Part shown: one piece after another, positions 8,798 to 18,328 of the stretch
How positions within the stretch are numbered: the first letter of the stretch is position 1
How the letters are laid out: every line of letters starts with the position of its first letter
From: Spirochaetaceae bacterium
Lineage (GTDB): Bacteria > Spirochaetota > Spirochaetia > DSM-27196 > SLST01
Length of the DNA stretch: 64,000 nt
Direction of reading: 5' to 3'
Assembly: GCA_007118855.1 (NCBI GenBank)
Contig: SKQU01000140.1
Span: 17,289-81,288 of the forward strand
Notes under the pieces: generated by a model
The model's input: only the letters and a program-made list of their open reading frames with translations
The model's database searches: none
What the model was told of the DNA's origin: nothing
Translations under genes and position numbers: made by a program

Positions 8798-8878
8798 TGC
8801 CGATTCTGCTTCCATGCAGGAGGAGTACCACATCGGCGCCCCGCGGTCAAACTGCCAGGCGGGTGATACTCTGGTAGA

Positions 8879-9232
8879 ATGGACGGCGTGATTCAGATAT
8901 ACGGTCGCAAAAAATGCCCGGACACGAGAAAGGCCGAGCGGTTCTTTCGCGAGCGTCGGGTGGCGTACCAGCTCGTCGACATCGACGTCAAGACTCCCGG
9001 AGCACGGGAGCTCGAGCTCTTCGCCTCCGTCCTCGGTGCCGACGAGCTGCTCGATACGCAGGGCAAACGGTACCGCGAGCGCGGCCTTGCCTACATGGAG
9101 TTCGACGCGCTGAGTGAGATAGGCGAAGACCCCGCGCTCCTGCGCACACCGATCGTTCGCAGCGGCCGCGAGGTCTCCATCGGTCCGGACACGGCATCCT
9201 GGGAGAAGCTCGCGACGCAGGACAGCGGATGA
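8879..9232 (+). CDS. ArsC/Spx/YffB-family thioredoxin-fold protein
   Basis: [31 protein letters not shown]...LLRTPIV is the typical ArsC-family N-terminal Cys and fold pattern. Confidence 0.75.
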   Translation: MDGVIQIYGRKKCPDTRKAERFFRERRVAYQLVDIDVKTPGARELELFASVLGADELLDTQGKRYRERGLAYMEFDALSEIGEDPALLRTPIVRSGREVSIGPDTASWEKLATQDSG

Positions 9233-10482
9233 GCTCGTTCGACGCCCGTATAGAGAGCGAGATCGGCCGACTGCGACGGGTGGTCATCCATACCCCGGGT
9301 CGGGAGATCGAGTCGATGTCGCCGCGCACCGCCTCGCAGGTCCTCTATCACGACATCATCCCGCTCTCGGTCGTATCCGGGGAACACGCGGTGCTCAAGC
9401 GATTTCTGTCGCTCGTCGCCAGGGTCGACGAGGTGACCGACCTTCTCGCCGAGGCGCTCGCCGACCCGGGGCAGCGCGAGCTTCTGGTCAACGCGGTGTG
9501 CGGGGAGGATCCGGCGGCACGCAGAATCGCCGAGCTGCTGGAGGAACGGCCCGAACGGCTCGTCACGATGCTCGTCAACGGGCTTGCGGCCCGCCGGGAG
9601 ACGCTCTCAGACCTGCTCTACGGCCCGGAGCACGATCTGCCGCCGCTTGCGAACCTCTACTTCATGCGCGACTCGTCGTTCGTGGTGCGCGATCGCGTCG
9701 TCGTCGGTGCGATGGCCCACCGGGTGCGGTCCGGCGAGGCGATGCTTCTTCGATCAATCTTCGGCTCCTCGATCGTGGCGAACGCCGGTATCCTCTACGA
9801 CGGCTGCGAGGAGGCCGGACGCAGGGCCGACGTCAGGATCGAAGGCGGTGACGTGCTCGTGGTACGCCGCGATCTGCTTGTGGTCGGGGTGTCCGAACGG
9901 ACCTCCGCGGCCGCGATCGACGAGCTTTCCCGCCGGCTCGTCGAGTCGACCGGTGAGCCCCTTTCGGTGATCGTCGTGCTCCTGCCGCACGATCGCTCCA
10001 CGATCCATCTCGACATGGTCTTCACGCTCCTCGATCCCGAGACGGCGCTCGTGTATGAACCGCACGTGACAGGACCGCGCCGCCTCGAGGTCTACCGGAT
10101 GAGGCTCGCCCCCGGCGCGACGACCCGTTTCGAGAAGTGCGACGGGCTCATCGCCGCACTTGCGGCCGAAGGAGAGCATCTGCGGACGATCGCCTGCGGT
10201 GGCCGGGATCCGGTCGTGCGGGAGCGCGAGCAGTGGCTGAGCGCCGCCAATGTCTTTGCCTTCGCCCCGGGAAAGATCGTCGGCTATGACTGTAACGTGG
10301 CGACGATGCAGGCATTCTCCGAGGCCGGCTACGCGGTGCATCCGGCAGAAGATTTCGTCGAGGGGCGCCGGAGCGCCGACTCGTACGAGCGGCTCTTCGT
10401 CGGTATTCCCGGAGTCAACCTCGCGCGCGGAGGGGGCGGACCGCGGTGCATGACGCTCCCGGTCGTCCGGGACCCGGTGTAG
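9229..10482 (+). CDS. arcA: arginine deiminase family protein
   Basis: [18 protein letters not shown] at the N-terminus and [14 protein letters not shown] at the C-terminus (catalytic Cys block). ATGA overlap with the upstream gene. Confidence 0.8.
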   Translation: MSSFDARIESEIGRLRRVVIHTPGREIESMSPRTASQVLYHDIIPLSVVSGEHAVLKRFLSLVARVDEVTDLLAEALADPGQRELLVNAVCGEDPAARRIAELLEERPERLVTMLVNGLAARRETLSDLLYGPEHDLPPLANLYFMRDSSFVVRDRVVVGAMAHRVRSGEAMLLRSIFGSSIVANAGILYDGCEEAGRRADVRIEGGDVLVVRRDLLVVGVSERTSAAAIDELSRRLVESTGEPLSVIVVLLPHDRSTIHLDMVFTLLDPETALVYEPHVTGPRRLEVYRMRLAPGATTRFEKCDGLIAALAAEGEHLRTIACGGRDPVVREREQWLSAANVFAFAPGKIVGYDCNVATMQAFSEAGYAVHPAEDFVEGRRSADSYERLFVGIPGVNLARGGGGPRCMTLPVVRDPV

Positions 10483-10551
10483 ACGGGGGCCATCGCGGCG
10501 CGGCCGCCGCCCGGTTGGTTCGACGCGCTGTCGCGGGTATCTTAGTGAGGT

Positions 10552-11613
10552 ATGCAGAGGACCAGTGACGTACGCATCCGCAGTCTCGATCCGCTCGTGC
10601 CGCCGGCCGTGCTCAAGGAGGAGTTTCCCGCCTCTGAGGCGAGTATACGCACCGTCGTCGAGAGCCGCGAGGTGGTCGAGTCGGTGGTAAGCGGCCGCGA
10701 CTCCCGCCTGGTCGCCGTCGTGGGGCCATGCTCCATTCATGATCCGGATGCCGCGCTCGAGTACGCCCGACGGCTCAAGCGTCTGCACGACGAGCTTCGT
10801 GACCGGATCTACCTCGTCATGCGGGTCTACTTCGAGAAGCCGCGCACCCGGCTCGGATGGCGCGGGCTGATCCTGGACCCCCATCTCGACGGCAGCTACG
10901 ACATCCAGTCGGGCCTGCGAACCGCGCGTCGGATACTCTGCGAGATCACCGACATGGGGCTCCCGGCCGGAAGCGAGATGCTTGATCCGATCGTTCCGCA
11001 GTACACCTCGGACCTGATCAGCTGGGCGTCGATCGGGGCGCGGACGACCGAGAGCCAGACTCACCGCGAGATGGCGAGCGGCCTGTCCATGCCCGTTGGG
11101 TTCAAGAACGCGACCGACGGAAGCATCGACGTTGCCGTCAACGCGCTCTCCTCGTCGCGGTATCCGCACAGCTTTATCGGGATCGACCCGGAGGGTCGCA
11201 CCTGTGTGCTCAATACGGCGGGGAACGAGTATGGCCACATCATCCTTCGCGGTGGTCGGGCCGGACCCAACTACCACGATGAGTCGGTAGAGGACGCATG
11301 CAGACAGCTCGCGGATGCCGGCTATACGCCGGCCGTGATGGTCGACTGCAGTCACGCGAACTCGGTGAAGGACCCGACGCGTCAGGTGAAGGTGCTGCGC
11401 TCCATTGTCCGCCAGCGGCGTGAGGGCCAGACGTGTCTCGTCGGGTTCATGCTCGAGAGCAACATCGGCCACGGTAGACAAGCGATCGCCGAACGGATCG
11501 AGGACCTCGCCTACGGCGTCTCCATTACCGATCCGTGCCTTGGCTGGGACCGGACCGAGCGCGCGCTGCGCTGGGCGTACGACGAGCTCGGGCAGCGCGC
11601 GTCCGCGACGTGA
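10552..11613 (+). CDS. aroG: 3-deoxy-7-phosphoheptulonate (DAHP) synthase, class I
   Basis: Collinear with E. coli AroG as I remember it: VGPCSIHDP...VMRVYFEKPRT..GW.GLI.DPH...GARTTESQ.HRE.ASGLS.PVGFKN.TDG. Confidence 0.92.
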   Translation: MQRTSDVRIRSLDPLVPPAVLKEEFPASEASIRTVVESREVVESVVSGRDSRLVAVVGPCSIHDPDAALEYARRLKRLHDELRDRIYLVMRVYFEKPRTRLGWRGLILDPHLDGSYDIQSGLRTARRILCEITDMGLPAGSEMLDPIVPQYTSDLISWASIGARTTESQTHREMASGLSMPVGFKNATDGSIDVAVNALSSSRYPHSFIGIDPEGRTCVLNTAGNEYGHIILRGGRAGPNYHDESVEDACRQLADAGYTPAVMVDCSHANSVKDPTRQVKVLRSIVRQRREGQTCLVGFMLESNIGHGRQAIAERIEDLAYGVSITDPCLGWDRTERALRWAYDELGQRASAT

Positions 11614-11624
11614 CCGACGCCTCC

Positions 11625-12440
11625 TCAGATGTTGCTGACGAGGTACCCGCCATCGACCGGGATCGTGATCCCGGTGACGAAGCCGGCAGCCGAGTCGGAG
11701 GCGAGGAACAGCGACACGCCGGCGAGCTCGGACGCGTCTCCGAAGCGACCCGCGGGGGTGTGCGCGATCACGTCGCGGCCGCGCGGCGTGAGGTCGCCGG
11801 TTGCCTCGTCGATCAGAAGGGCCTTGTTCTGCTTCCCGATGAAGAATCCGGGGGCAATCGCGTTGACGCGGATGTTGTCCGGGGCGAACTCCTTCGCGCA
11901 GGCCATCGTGAGGTTCAGGACCGCGGACTTCGCCGCATCGTAGGCCCAGACTCCCGACAGCGGGACGTAGGAGGCCATCGACGCCATGTTGATGATCGCG
12001 CCTCCCATCTTCTTCTCCTTCCAGTACCCCACGGTGACCTTGGTCGGGACCATGAGCCCGGCCACGAGGTTGAGCCGAAGGATCTCTTCGAAGAGCTCGA
12101 TGTCTACGTCGACGAAGTCACTCTTTCCGCGGTTGCCGCCCGCGGCGTTGACCAGGACGTGCGGCCCGCCGAGCTCTGAAGCGCATGCTTCGACTGCCGT
12201 GCGAACGGAGTCCTCGGATATAGCGTCGACCTCGAGCGCCTGTATGCGGTCGCTCGCGTCGGTCTGCGCCGTGAGGCGCTCCTTCGCCGCCTGGGCGAAC
12301 TCCATCCTGATGTCCCACAGCGAGACGCTCGCGCCGGCCTTCAGGAAGGCTTCAGACATCGCGGCCGCGATGGCGCCACCACCGCCGGTGATGGCAACCG
12401 ACTTCCCCTCGAGCGAGAACATCCCTTTCAGATAGTCCAT
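11625..12440 (-). CDS. SDR-family oxidoreductase (UxuB-like fructuronate/mannonate reductase candidate)
   Basis: FSLEGKSVAITGGGGAIAAAM... is a Rossmann motif, and the YDAAK catalytic pair is present. The specific substrate is inferred only from context. Confidence 0.8.
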   Translation of the reverse strand: MDYLKGMFSLEGKSVAITGGGGAIAAAMSEAFLKAGASVSLWDIRMEFAQAAKERLTAQTDASDRIQALEVDAISEDSVRTAVEACASELGGPHVLVNAAGGNRGKSDFVDVDIELFEEILRLNLVAGLMVPTKVTVGYWKEKKMGGAIINMASMASYVPLSGVWAYDAAKSAVLNLTMACAKEFAPDNIRVNAIAPGFFIGKQNKALLIDEATGDLTPRGRDVIAHTPAGRFGDASELAGVSLFLASDSAAGFVTGITIPVDGGYLVSNI

Positions 12441-12459
12441 TCCTCTCTCCTTGTGCCGG

Positions 12460-13689
12460 CTATGCCGGCCTTACGAGCTCTTTTCTGAATCGCACGAACA
12501 GGGGCAGGCCGTCCTTCATGACCGGCTTGACCTCTCCCTGGATGAGCGGGCGCGCGTACCGGTCGAACTCGCCGGTCACCGAGAACCCGTCCGCCGCGAT
12601 CCACTCGCGGGGGAACAGCTTCTCGCCGTTGGCCACGTCAGAGAGGAGCGCGAGACCGGTCTCGCACCGGTATGGGTCGTCCGAGGTCCGCTCCAGCGTG
12701 ACCATCTTTCCGTTCTCGCCGGCGAGCGCGCGTCGAACCGCTTCTGTCCCGAGCGTGTACGCCTCCATCGAATCGGTGAGCGAAGCGAAGTGCGCCCCGG
12801 TGCGTTGAATCGTGGAGGGGATCGCGAAACGCGCCTTGACCTTGATCTCGCGCTCGACGAGGTCCTTGACGAACAGACCGGCGCCGCCGAGCTGGGTGTG
12901 CCCAAAGGCGTCGCTGGCAAACTCACCCGTCTGGTTTGCGATGTAGGAGCCGTCAGGGTACTTCGTTCCCTCCGAGACGACGATAACGCACCGGTTGATT
13001 GTGGCGAGGTAGTGCTCGACACGGGCCTTGAAGGCCGCGACGTCGAAGGGTACTTCGGGAAGCAGGATGATATGCGGGGCGTCCTCTTCGCACCGCTTCG
13101 CGAGCGCCGTGCCCGCGGCGATCCACCCGGCGTTGCGCCCCATCGCCTCGATGACGTTCACGGTGTCCGTCGTGTACATCGCCTCGGTATCGCGGCCGGC
13201 CTCCATGACCATGGTCGCGAGGTACTTCACGACGCTGCCGTAGCCGGGAGCGTGGTCGGTGCAGGCGAGATCGTTGTCGATCGTCTTGGGGACGCCCATC
13301 GCTCGCAGCTCGTAGCCCTCGCGTGCGGCGAGCGCGCTGACCTTGTCGGCGGTATCCATCGAATCATTGCCGCCGATATAGAAGAAGTACCGGATATTGT
13401 ACCTTCTGAATACATCGAGGATCTTCCGGAAGTCCTCGTCGGTCCTGACCTTGTACCTGCACGAGCCGAGCGCCGAGGCGGGCGTCGCCTTCAGCCCTTC
13501 GATCACGGCCGGGTCTTCCCGCCGCAGATCGAAGAGCGCCCCGTTCAGCACCCCGAGAATACCGTTGTGCGCGGCGTACACGCCGGTGATCTCCTCGTGC
13601 TTCATCGCTTCCTGTATCACCCCGCACGCGCTCGCGTTGATGACCGCCGTCGGTCCTCCGCTCTGTGCCACAACGCAGTTGCCCTTCAT
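12460..13689 (-). CDS. 6-phosphofructokinase, long (about 410 aa) PfkA-family type, possibly PPi-dependent
   Basis: MKGNCVVAQSGGPTAVINAS...FFYIGGNDSMDTA...PKTIDNDL. GGNDS replaces the ATP-type GGDGS. The start is moved to ATG 13689 (SD GAGGGG); the 13803 start in the track adds 38 implausible residues. Confidence 0.85.
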   Translation of the reverse strand: MKGNCVVAQSGGPTAVINASACGVIQEAMKHEEITGVYAAHNGILGVLNGALFDLRREDPAVIEGLKATPASALGSCRYKVRTDEDFRKILDVFRRYNIRYFFYIGGNDSMDTADKVSALAAREGYELRAMGVPKTIDNDLACTDHAPGYGSVVKYLATMVMEAGRDTEAMYTTDTVNVIEAMGRNAGWIAAGTALAKRCEEDAPHIILLPEVPFDVAAFKARVEHYLATINRCVIVVSEGTKYPDGSYIANQTGEFASDAFGHTQLGGAGLFVKDLVEREIKVKARFAIPSTIQRTGAHFASLTDSMEAYTLGTEAVRRALAGENGKMVTLERTSDDPYRCETGLALLSDVANGEKLFPREWIAADGFSVTGEFDRYARPLIQGEVKPVMKDGLPLFVRFRKELVRPA

Positions 13690-13702
13690 CTGTTTTCGCC
13701 CC

Positions 13703-14470
13703 TCATTGAACGCCCGAACGATCGACGACGACCTCGATCCCGAAACTGCCCAGATGCTGAGCGTCGGCGAATCCGCCGTCGGTGACGAGTATATCGACAT
13801 CACCTGCTCGTGCGAACACCGAGAACGCCTCCCGTCGGTACTTGGACGAGTCGGCGAGCACGATCCGCCGCGAGGAGACTCCTATCACCGCCTGCTTCAG
13901 CTGCGACTCGATGATGTTCTGCGCGGAGAACACCCCGCGCTCGGAAAACCCCGTCGTGCCGAGGAAGCACGTCTCGATCTGGAACGACCGCAGCGATTCG
14001 ATCGCGATCGGCCCAATGAACGACCCGGCCTCGCTCCTGTAGCTGCCGCCGAGCGAGAAGAGCGACACCCCGGGCCTGCCCGCGAACTCGATCATCACGT
14101 CAATGGAGTTCGTCACGACCCGCAGGTTCATCTCGCTGATCTCCTTCGCGAGACAGAGACAGGTGCTTCCCGCGTCAATGTAGATCGTCTCGCCCTCGGC
14201 AACGAGTGACCGCGCCCTTCGCGCGATAGCCTTCTTCTCCTCGATTCGTTCGGCCTGACGCGTCCCGATCGGGCGCAGCAACCGTGTGTCCTGCGCCACC
14301 TGCGCGCCGCCGCGGGTCCGAATGAGACAGCCCATATCCTCGAGCGCCGAGAGGTCCTTTCGGATCGTCACTTCCGAGACTTCCAGCCGCGTGGCGAGCT
14401 CTGCGACGGTCGCGGTGCGCAGCAGCGAGAGTAGCCTCAGGATTTCTTCGTAGCGGGACGTGTTCCCCAT
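13703..14470 (-). CDS. DeoR-family transcriptional regulator
   Basis: MGNTSRYEEILRLLSLLRTATVAELATRLEVSEVTIRKDLSALEDMGCLIRTRGGA is the HTH. The C-terminal sugar-phosphate-binding domain reads YIDAGSTCL...VVTNS. Start set at ATG 14470. Confidence 0.9.
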   Translation of the reverse strand: MGNTSRYEEILRLLSLLRTATVAELATRLEVSEVTIRKDLSALEDMGCLIRTRGGAQVAQDTRLLRPIGTRQAERIEEKKAIARRARSLVAEGETIYIDAGSTCLCLAKEISEMNLRVVTNSIDVMIEFAGRPGVSLFSLGGSYRSEAGSFIGPIAIESLRSFQIETCFLGTTGFSERGVFSAQNIIESQLKQAVIGVSSRRIVLADSSKYRREAFSVFARAGDVDILVTDGGFADAQHLGSFGIEVVVDRSGVQ

Positions 14471-14484
14471 GCTTCGTTCACTTT

Positions 14485-14585
14485 CGTATTGCACTCTAAA
14501 ACGAAGCGCCGTATTCGTCAACGCCCGGTCCGGGGAGCCTGAACGGGCCGATTGCGGGCAGAAGTCCGGCTTGACAACCGTATTC
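14485..14585. promoter_or_regulatory. three direct CGTATT(C/G) repeats in the divergent DeoR/HAD control region (candidate operator sites)
   Basis: cgtattg at 14485, cgtattc at 14510 and cgtattc at 14579. The third lies in the spacer of the candidate HAD-operon promoter. Confidence 0.3.
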
Positions 14586-14599
14586 CTGCATGGTATGTG
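14571..14599 (+). promoter_or_regulatory. candidate extended -10 promoter of the HAD/LarA-like/gnd/uxaC/uxaE operon
   Basis: TTGACA at 14571-14576, a 17-nt spacer, then TGgTATGTG (TG at 14591-14592, hexamer at 14594-14599). Confidence 0.45.
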
Positions 14600-14637
14600 T
14601 TTCGATATCGACCCTTATTCGTAAACAAGGAAAGACC

Positions 14638-15531
14638 ATGGACACAAGAGATCCGGCCCAGGCGCTTCGAGACATGAAGCCGGAGAGGGAGTTCTTCATC
14701 GGCTTCGACTCCGATGGCTGCGTATTCGACACGATGGAGATCAAGCACAAGGAGTGTTTCTGCCCGAATTACATCGGCAGCTACAATCTGCAGGCGGTGT
14801 CCAGGTATGCCCGCGAAGTATGGGAGTTTGTGAACCTGTACTCGAAGTCCCGCGGATGCAACCGCTTTCTCGCGGTTACCCGCGCCATGGAGCTTCTCGC
14901 GCGGCGCCCGGAGACCGCAGCCCGCGGGGTCAAGGTGCCCGAACTGAAGGCTCTTCGCGACTGGATCGGCCGCGAGACCAAGCTGGGGAACCCGGCGCTG
15001 AAGGCCGAGCTCGACAGAAACGCCGACGAGGAGCTGCGCAACGTATACGCGTGGTCGCTCGCCGTGAACGAGGCGATCGGGGCGATGGTGCGCAACGTGC
15101 CGCCCTTTCCTCTCGTGCGCGAGTCGCTCGAGAAGATCTCCGGAAGGGCCGATGTCATCGTGGTGTCGCAGACGCCGCTCGAGGCTCTCGAGCGCGAGTG
15201 GGAGGAGCACGGCATCGACGGGATGGTCCGGATGATCGCCGGACAGGAGATGGGAACGAAGGCGCAGCACATACAGTACGCCGCGAAGGACAAGTACCCG
15301 TCGGACAGGATCCTCATGATCGGCGACGCTCCCGGGGATTTCGACGCCGCGAAGAATAACGGCGCGCTCTTTTTCCCGGTCAACCCGGGACACGAGGAAG
15401 CCTCCTGGGAGCTGTTTCACGGAGAGGCGCTCGACAGGTTCTTCGCCGGCAGCTACGCCGGCGAGTACGAGGAGCGGCTGATCGAGGAGTTCGACCGATA
15501 TCTGCCCGAGACCCCTTCCTGGGAGGAATGA
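14638..15531 (+). CDS. HAD-superfamily hydrolase (phosphatase-like, large cap)
   Basis: FFIGFDSDGCVFDT is the DxDG nucleophile motif; VIVVSQTP and MIGDAPGDFDAA are HAD motifs III/IV. Start at ATG 14638 after AAGGAAAG. Confidence 0.8.
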   Translation: MDTRDPAQALRDMKPEREFFIGFDSDGCVFDTMEIKHKECFCPNYIGSYNLQAVSRYAREVWEFVNLYSKSRGCNRFLAVTRAMELLARRPETAARGVKVPELKALRDWIGRETKLGNPALKAELDRNADEELRNVYAWSLAVNEAIGAMVRNVPPFPLVRESLEKISGRADVIVVSQTPLEALEREWEEHGIDGMVRMIAGQEMGTKAQHIQYAAKDKYPSDRILMIGDAPGDFDAAKNNGALFFPVNPGHEEASWELFHGEALDRFFAGSYAGEYEERLIEEFDRYLPETPSWEE

Positions 15532-15534
15532 GCC

Positions 15535-16809
15535 ATGCTGTACTATGGAGCCGGGTCAGCCGGCACCCGGATGACCGATGAGGATCTTCGAAGCGCGTTG
15601 CACGAGGCGTTGGACAGGATCGGCCGACGAGACAAGGTGATCGCCGTCCCGCCGGACATCACGCGATTCCACAGCCGGGCGGGCCTCATGACGCAGTACG
15701 CTTACGAGTACTACGGGTCTTCACTCGCCGACATCCTGCCGGCCCTCGGGACCCACACCCCGATGAGCGACGAGGAACGCGTCGAGATGTTCGCCTCGGT
15801 CCCGGCCGATCTCTTTCGCGCGCACAGGTTTCGCACGGACATCGTGACGCTCGGAGAGGTGCCTGCTGGTTTCATCGAGCGGGTTTCCCAAGGCAAGCTC
15901 TCGTTCACGTGGCCCGCGCAGACGAACAAACTCGTCGCGGATGGAGGACACGACCTCATTCTCTCACTCGGTCAGGTCGTTCCGCACGAAGTCATCGGCA
16001 TGGCCAACTACAACAAGAATATTTTCATCGGCACCGGAGGCAGCGAAGGCATAAACAAGAGCCACTACCTCGGAGCGGTCCACGGGATGGAGCGGATCAT
16101 GGGTCGGGCGGATAACCCGGTACGCCAGGTCCTCAACTACGCGCACCGGGAGTTCGCCTCACACCTGCCGATCGTGTTCGCCCATACGGTGGTCGGACGC
16201 GAGAGCGACGGCTCGCTCGCGCTGAAGGGACTCTTCGTGGGCGACGACGAAGAGTGCTTCCTGCGGGCCGCGGAGCTCTCGCTCGAGGTGAACTTCACGA
16301 TGGTCGAAGAGCCGTTCAGAAAGGTCGTCGTCTACCTCGACCCCCAGGAGTTCCGCAGTACCTGGCTGGGGAACAAGAGCGTCTACCGGACGCGGATGGC
16401 CATCGCAGATGGAGGGGAGCTCGTGGTCCTCGCGCCGGGCGTGAAGGAGTTCGGTGAGGACAAGGAAATAGACAGGCTCATCCGGCGGTACGGCTACGTG
16501 GGTACCGACCCGATCATCCGGCTCGTTGAAGAGAGAGAGGATCTTCGCGCCAATCTCTCCGCGGCCGCGCATCTGATCCACGGCAGCTCCGACGACAGGT
16601 TCACCATCACCTACTGCCCGGGGCATCTCTCAGAAGAGGAAGTGGAAGGAGTCAGCTTCCGCTACGGGGATCTCGACCGGATGATGAAGCGATACGATCC
16701 CACACAGCTCAGGGACGGATACAACACCCTCCCGGACGGCGAGGAGATCTACTACGTCTCGAATCCCGCGGTCGGCCTCTGGGCACACGCCGACCGGTTC
16801 AACGCATAG
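15535..16809 (+). CDS. LarA-family (nickel-pincer-type 2-hydroxyacid racemase/epimerase-like) protein, substrate unknown
   Basis: 424 aa. DLILSLGQVVPHEVIGMANYNKNIFIGTGGSEGINKSHY aligns without gaps to the L. plantarum LarA segment as I remember it (DLLISEGFIESHFFAGFSGGRKSVLPGIASYKTIMANHS). This keeps the H-x9-K-x15-H spacing. ALGTHTPMS matches ATGFHRPST. The alignment is from memory and unverified. Confidence 0.5.
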   Translation: MLYYGAGSAGTRMTDEDLRSALHEALDRIGRRDKVIAVPPDITRFHSRAGLMTQYAYEYYGSSLADILPALGTHTPMSDEERVEMFASVPADLFRAHRFRTDIVTLGEVPAGFIERVSQGKLSFTWPAQTNKLVADGGHDLILSLGQVVPHEVIGMANYNKNIFIGTGGSEGINKSHYLGAVHGMERIMGRADNPVRQVLNYAHREFASHLPIVFAHTVVGRESDGSLALKGLFVGDDEECFLRAAELSLEVNFTMVEEPFRKVVVYLDPQEFRSTWLGNKSVYRTRMAIADGGELVVLAPGVKEFGEDKEIDRLIRRYGYVGTDPIIRLVEEREDLRANLSAAAHLIHGSSDDRFTITYCPGHLSEEEVEGVSFRYGDLDRMMKRYDPTQLRDGYNTLPDGEEIYYVSNPAVGLWAHADRFNA

Positions 16810-16820
16810 GAGCGAAGAGA

Positions 16821-18290
16821 ATGGCAAACACTGACGGCAGAAGGGCCGACATCGGCCTGATCGGTCTCGCGGTGATGGGGCAGAACCTCGTGCTCAACAT
16901 GGCCGACAACGGCTTCACCGTCGCGGTGTTCAACCGCACCGTCTCCAAGGTCGATGACTTCCTCGCCGACGCGGCGGAAGGATACGACACCGTGCTCGGT
17001 GCGCACAGCATGGAAGAGTTCATCGGCATGCTCAAACGGCCGCGGAAGGTCATGCTGATGGTGAAGGCCGGCGACGTAGTGGACAAGTTCATAGAGACCG
17101 TCCTGCCTCATCTTGAAGAGGGAGATCTCATCATCGACGGCGGAAACTCACACTTCCCGGACACGACTCGCCGGACGAAGTCGTTGGCCGAGAAGGGCAT
17201 CCTCTATATCGGTACCGGCGTCTCGGGAGGCGAGGAGGGCGCGCGTCATGGTCCGTCGATTATGCCGGGGGGCAATCCAGGGGCGTGGCCGCTCGTGAAG
17301 GAGATTTTCCAGGCGATCGCCGCCAAAACCGAAGACGGCGAGCCGTGCTGCGAGTGGGTTGGTGAGGAAGGCGCCGGGCACTACGTCAAGATGGTCCACA
17401 ACGGCATCGAGTACGGCGACATGCAGCTCATCTGCGAGGCGTACCAGCTCATGAAAGACGGCCTCGGGATGACGCCCGATGAGATGCACGAAGTCTTCGC
17501 CGAGTGGAATACCGGCGAGCTCGACAGCTATCTCATAGAGATCACCCGCGATATCCTCGCGTTCAAAGACACCGACGGCTCGCCGCTGGTGGAGAAGATC
17601 CTCGACACGGCCGGCCAGAAAGGCACCGGGAAGTGGACCGGCATCAGCTCTCTCGAGCTTGGTGTGCCCGTTACGCTGATAGGAGAGGCCGTGTTCGCGC
17701 GGTGTCTGTCGGCGATGAAAGATGAGCGGGTCAAGGCGTCGAAGGTACTCGACGGTCCCAGTCCGTCGTTCTCGGGTGACCGGCAGGCCTTCATCGAGGA
17801 CATCCGGCAGGCGCTGCTTGCGTCGAAGATCGTCTCCTACGCGCAAGGTTACATGCTGATGCGTGAGGCCGCGCGCGAGATGGGGTGGAAGCTCAACTTC
17901 GGCGGCATCGCCCTGATGTGGCGCGGGGGATGCATTATCCGCAGCGTCTTCCTCGGCAGGATCAAGGACGCGTTCGACAGGACCCCTGACCTCACCAATC
18001 TGCTGCTCGACGATTACTTCCGGGGCGTGATCGACCGGTGTCAGGATCCGTGGAGGCGTGTCGTCGCGCAGTCGGTCACGATGGGGGTGCCGGTCCCTGC
18101 GTTCGCGACCGCACTCACCTTCTTCGACGGCTACCGAACGGAGCGCCTGCCGGCGAACCTGCTTCAGGCGCAGCGTGACTACTTTGGCGCGCATACCTAC
18201 GAGCGCCTTGACAAACCGCGGGGCGAGTTCTACCACACGAACTGGACCGGCACCGGAGGCACGACCTCGGCGTCGACGTACCAGGTGTAG
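16821..18290 (+). CDS. gnd: 6-phosphogluconate dehydrogenase, decarboxylating
   Basis: [30 protein letters not shown]...GGNSHF...[20 protein letters not shown]...[18 protein letters not shown]. Confidence 0.95.
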   Translation: MANTDGRRADIGLIGLAVMGQNLVLNMADNGFTVAVFNRTVSKVDDFLADAAEGYDTVLGAHSMEEFIGMLKRPRKVMLMVKAGDVVDKFIETVLPHLEEGDLIIDGGNSHFPDTTRRTKSLAEKGILYIGTGVSGGEEGARHGPSIMPGGNPGAWPLVKEIFQAIAAKTEDGEPCCEWVGEEGAGHYVKMVHNGIEYGDMQLICEAYQLMKDGLGMTPDEMHEVFAEWNTGELDSYLIEITRDILAFKDTDGSPLVEKILDTAGQKGTGKWTGISSLELGVPVTLIGEAVFARCLSAMKDERVKASKVLDGPSPSFSGDRQAFIEDIRQALLASKIVSYAQGYMLMREAAREMGWKLNFGGIALMWRGGCIIRSVFLGRIKDAFDRTPDLTNLLLDDYFRGVIDRCQDPWRRVVAQSVTMGVPVPAFATALTFFDGYRTERLPANLLQAQRDYFGAHTYERLDKPRGEFYHTNWTGTGGTTSASTYQV

Positions 18291-18328
18291 CCGACACGGG
18301 CCATGAGACAGGACCGATTGGAGCGACT

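Noticed and set aside
8785-8820. A 13-nt identity (agcagaatcggca on the minus strand) between the asnS start region and the post-rpoC hairpin, plus a 7-bp hairpin (cctgcat/atgcagg) enclosing two alternative asnS ATGs.
   Set aside because: This is a single short match that could be chance in 128 kb of two-strand sequence. In asnS it has no complementary partner that would rebuild the GCAGAA hairpin. The 7-bp stem is weak. I keep it only as a caveat on the asnS start choice.
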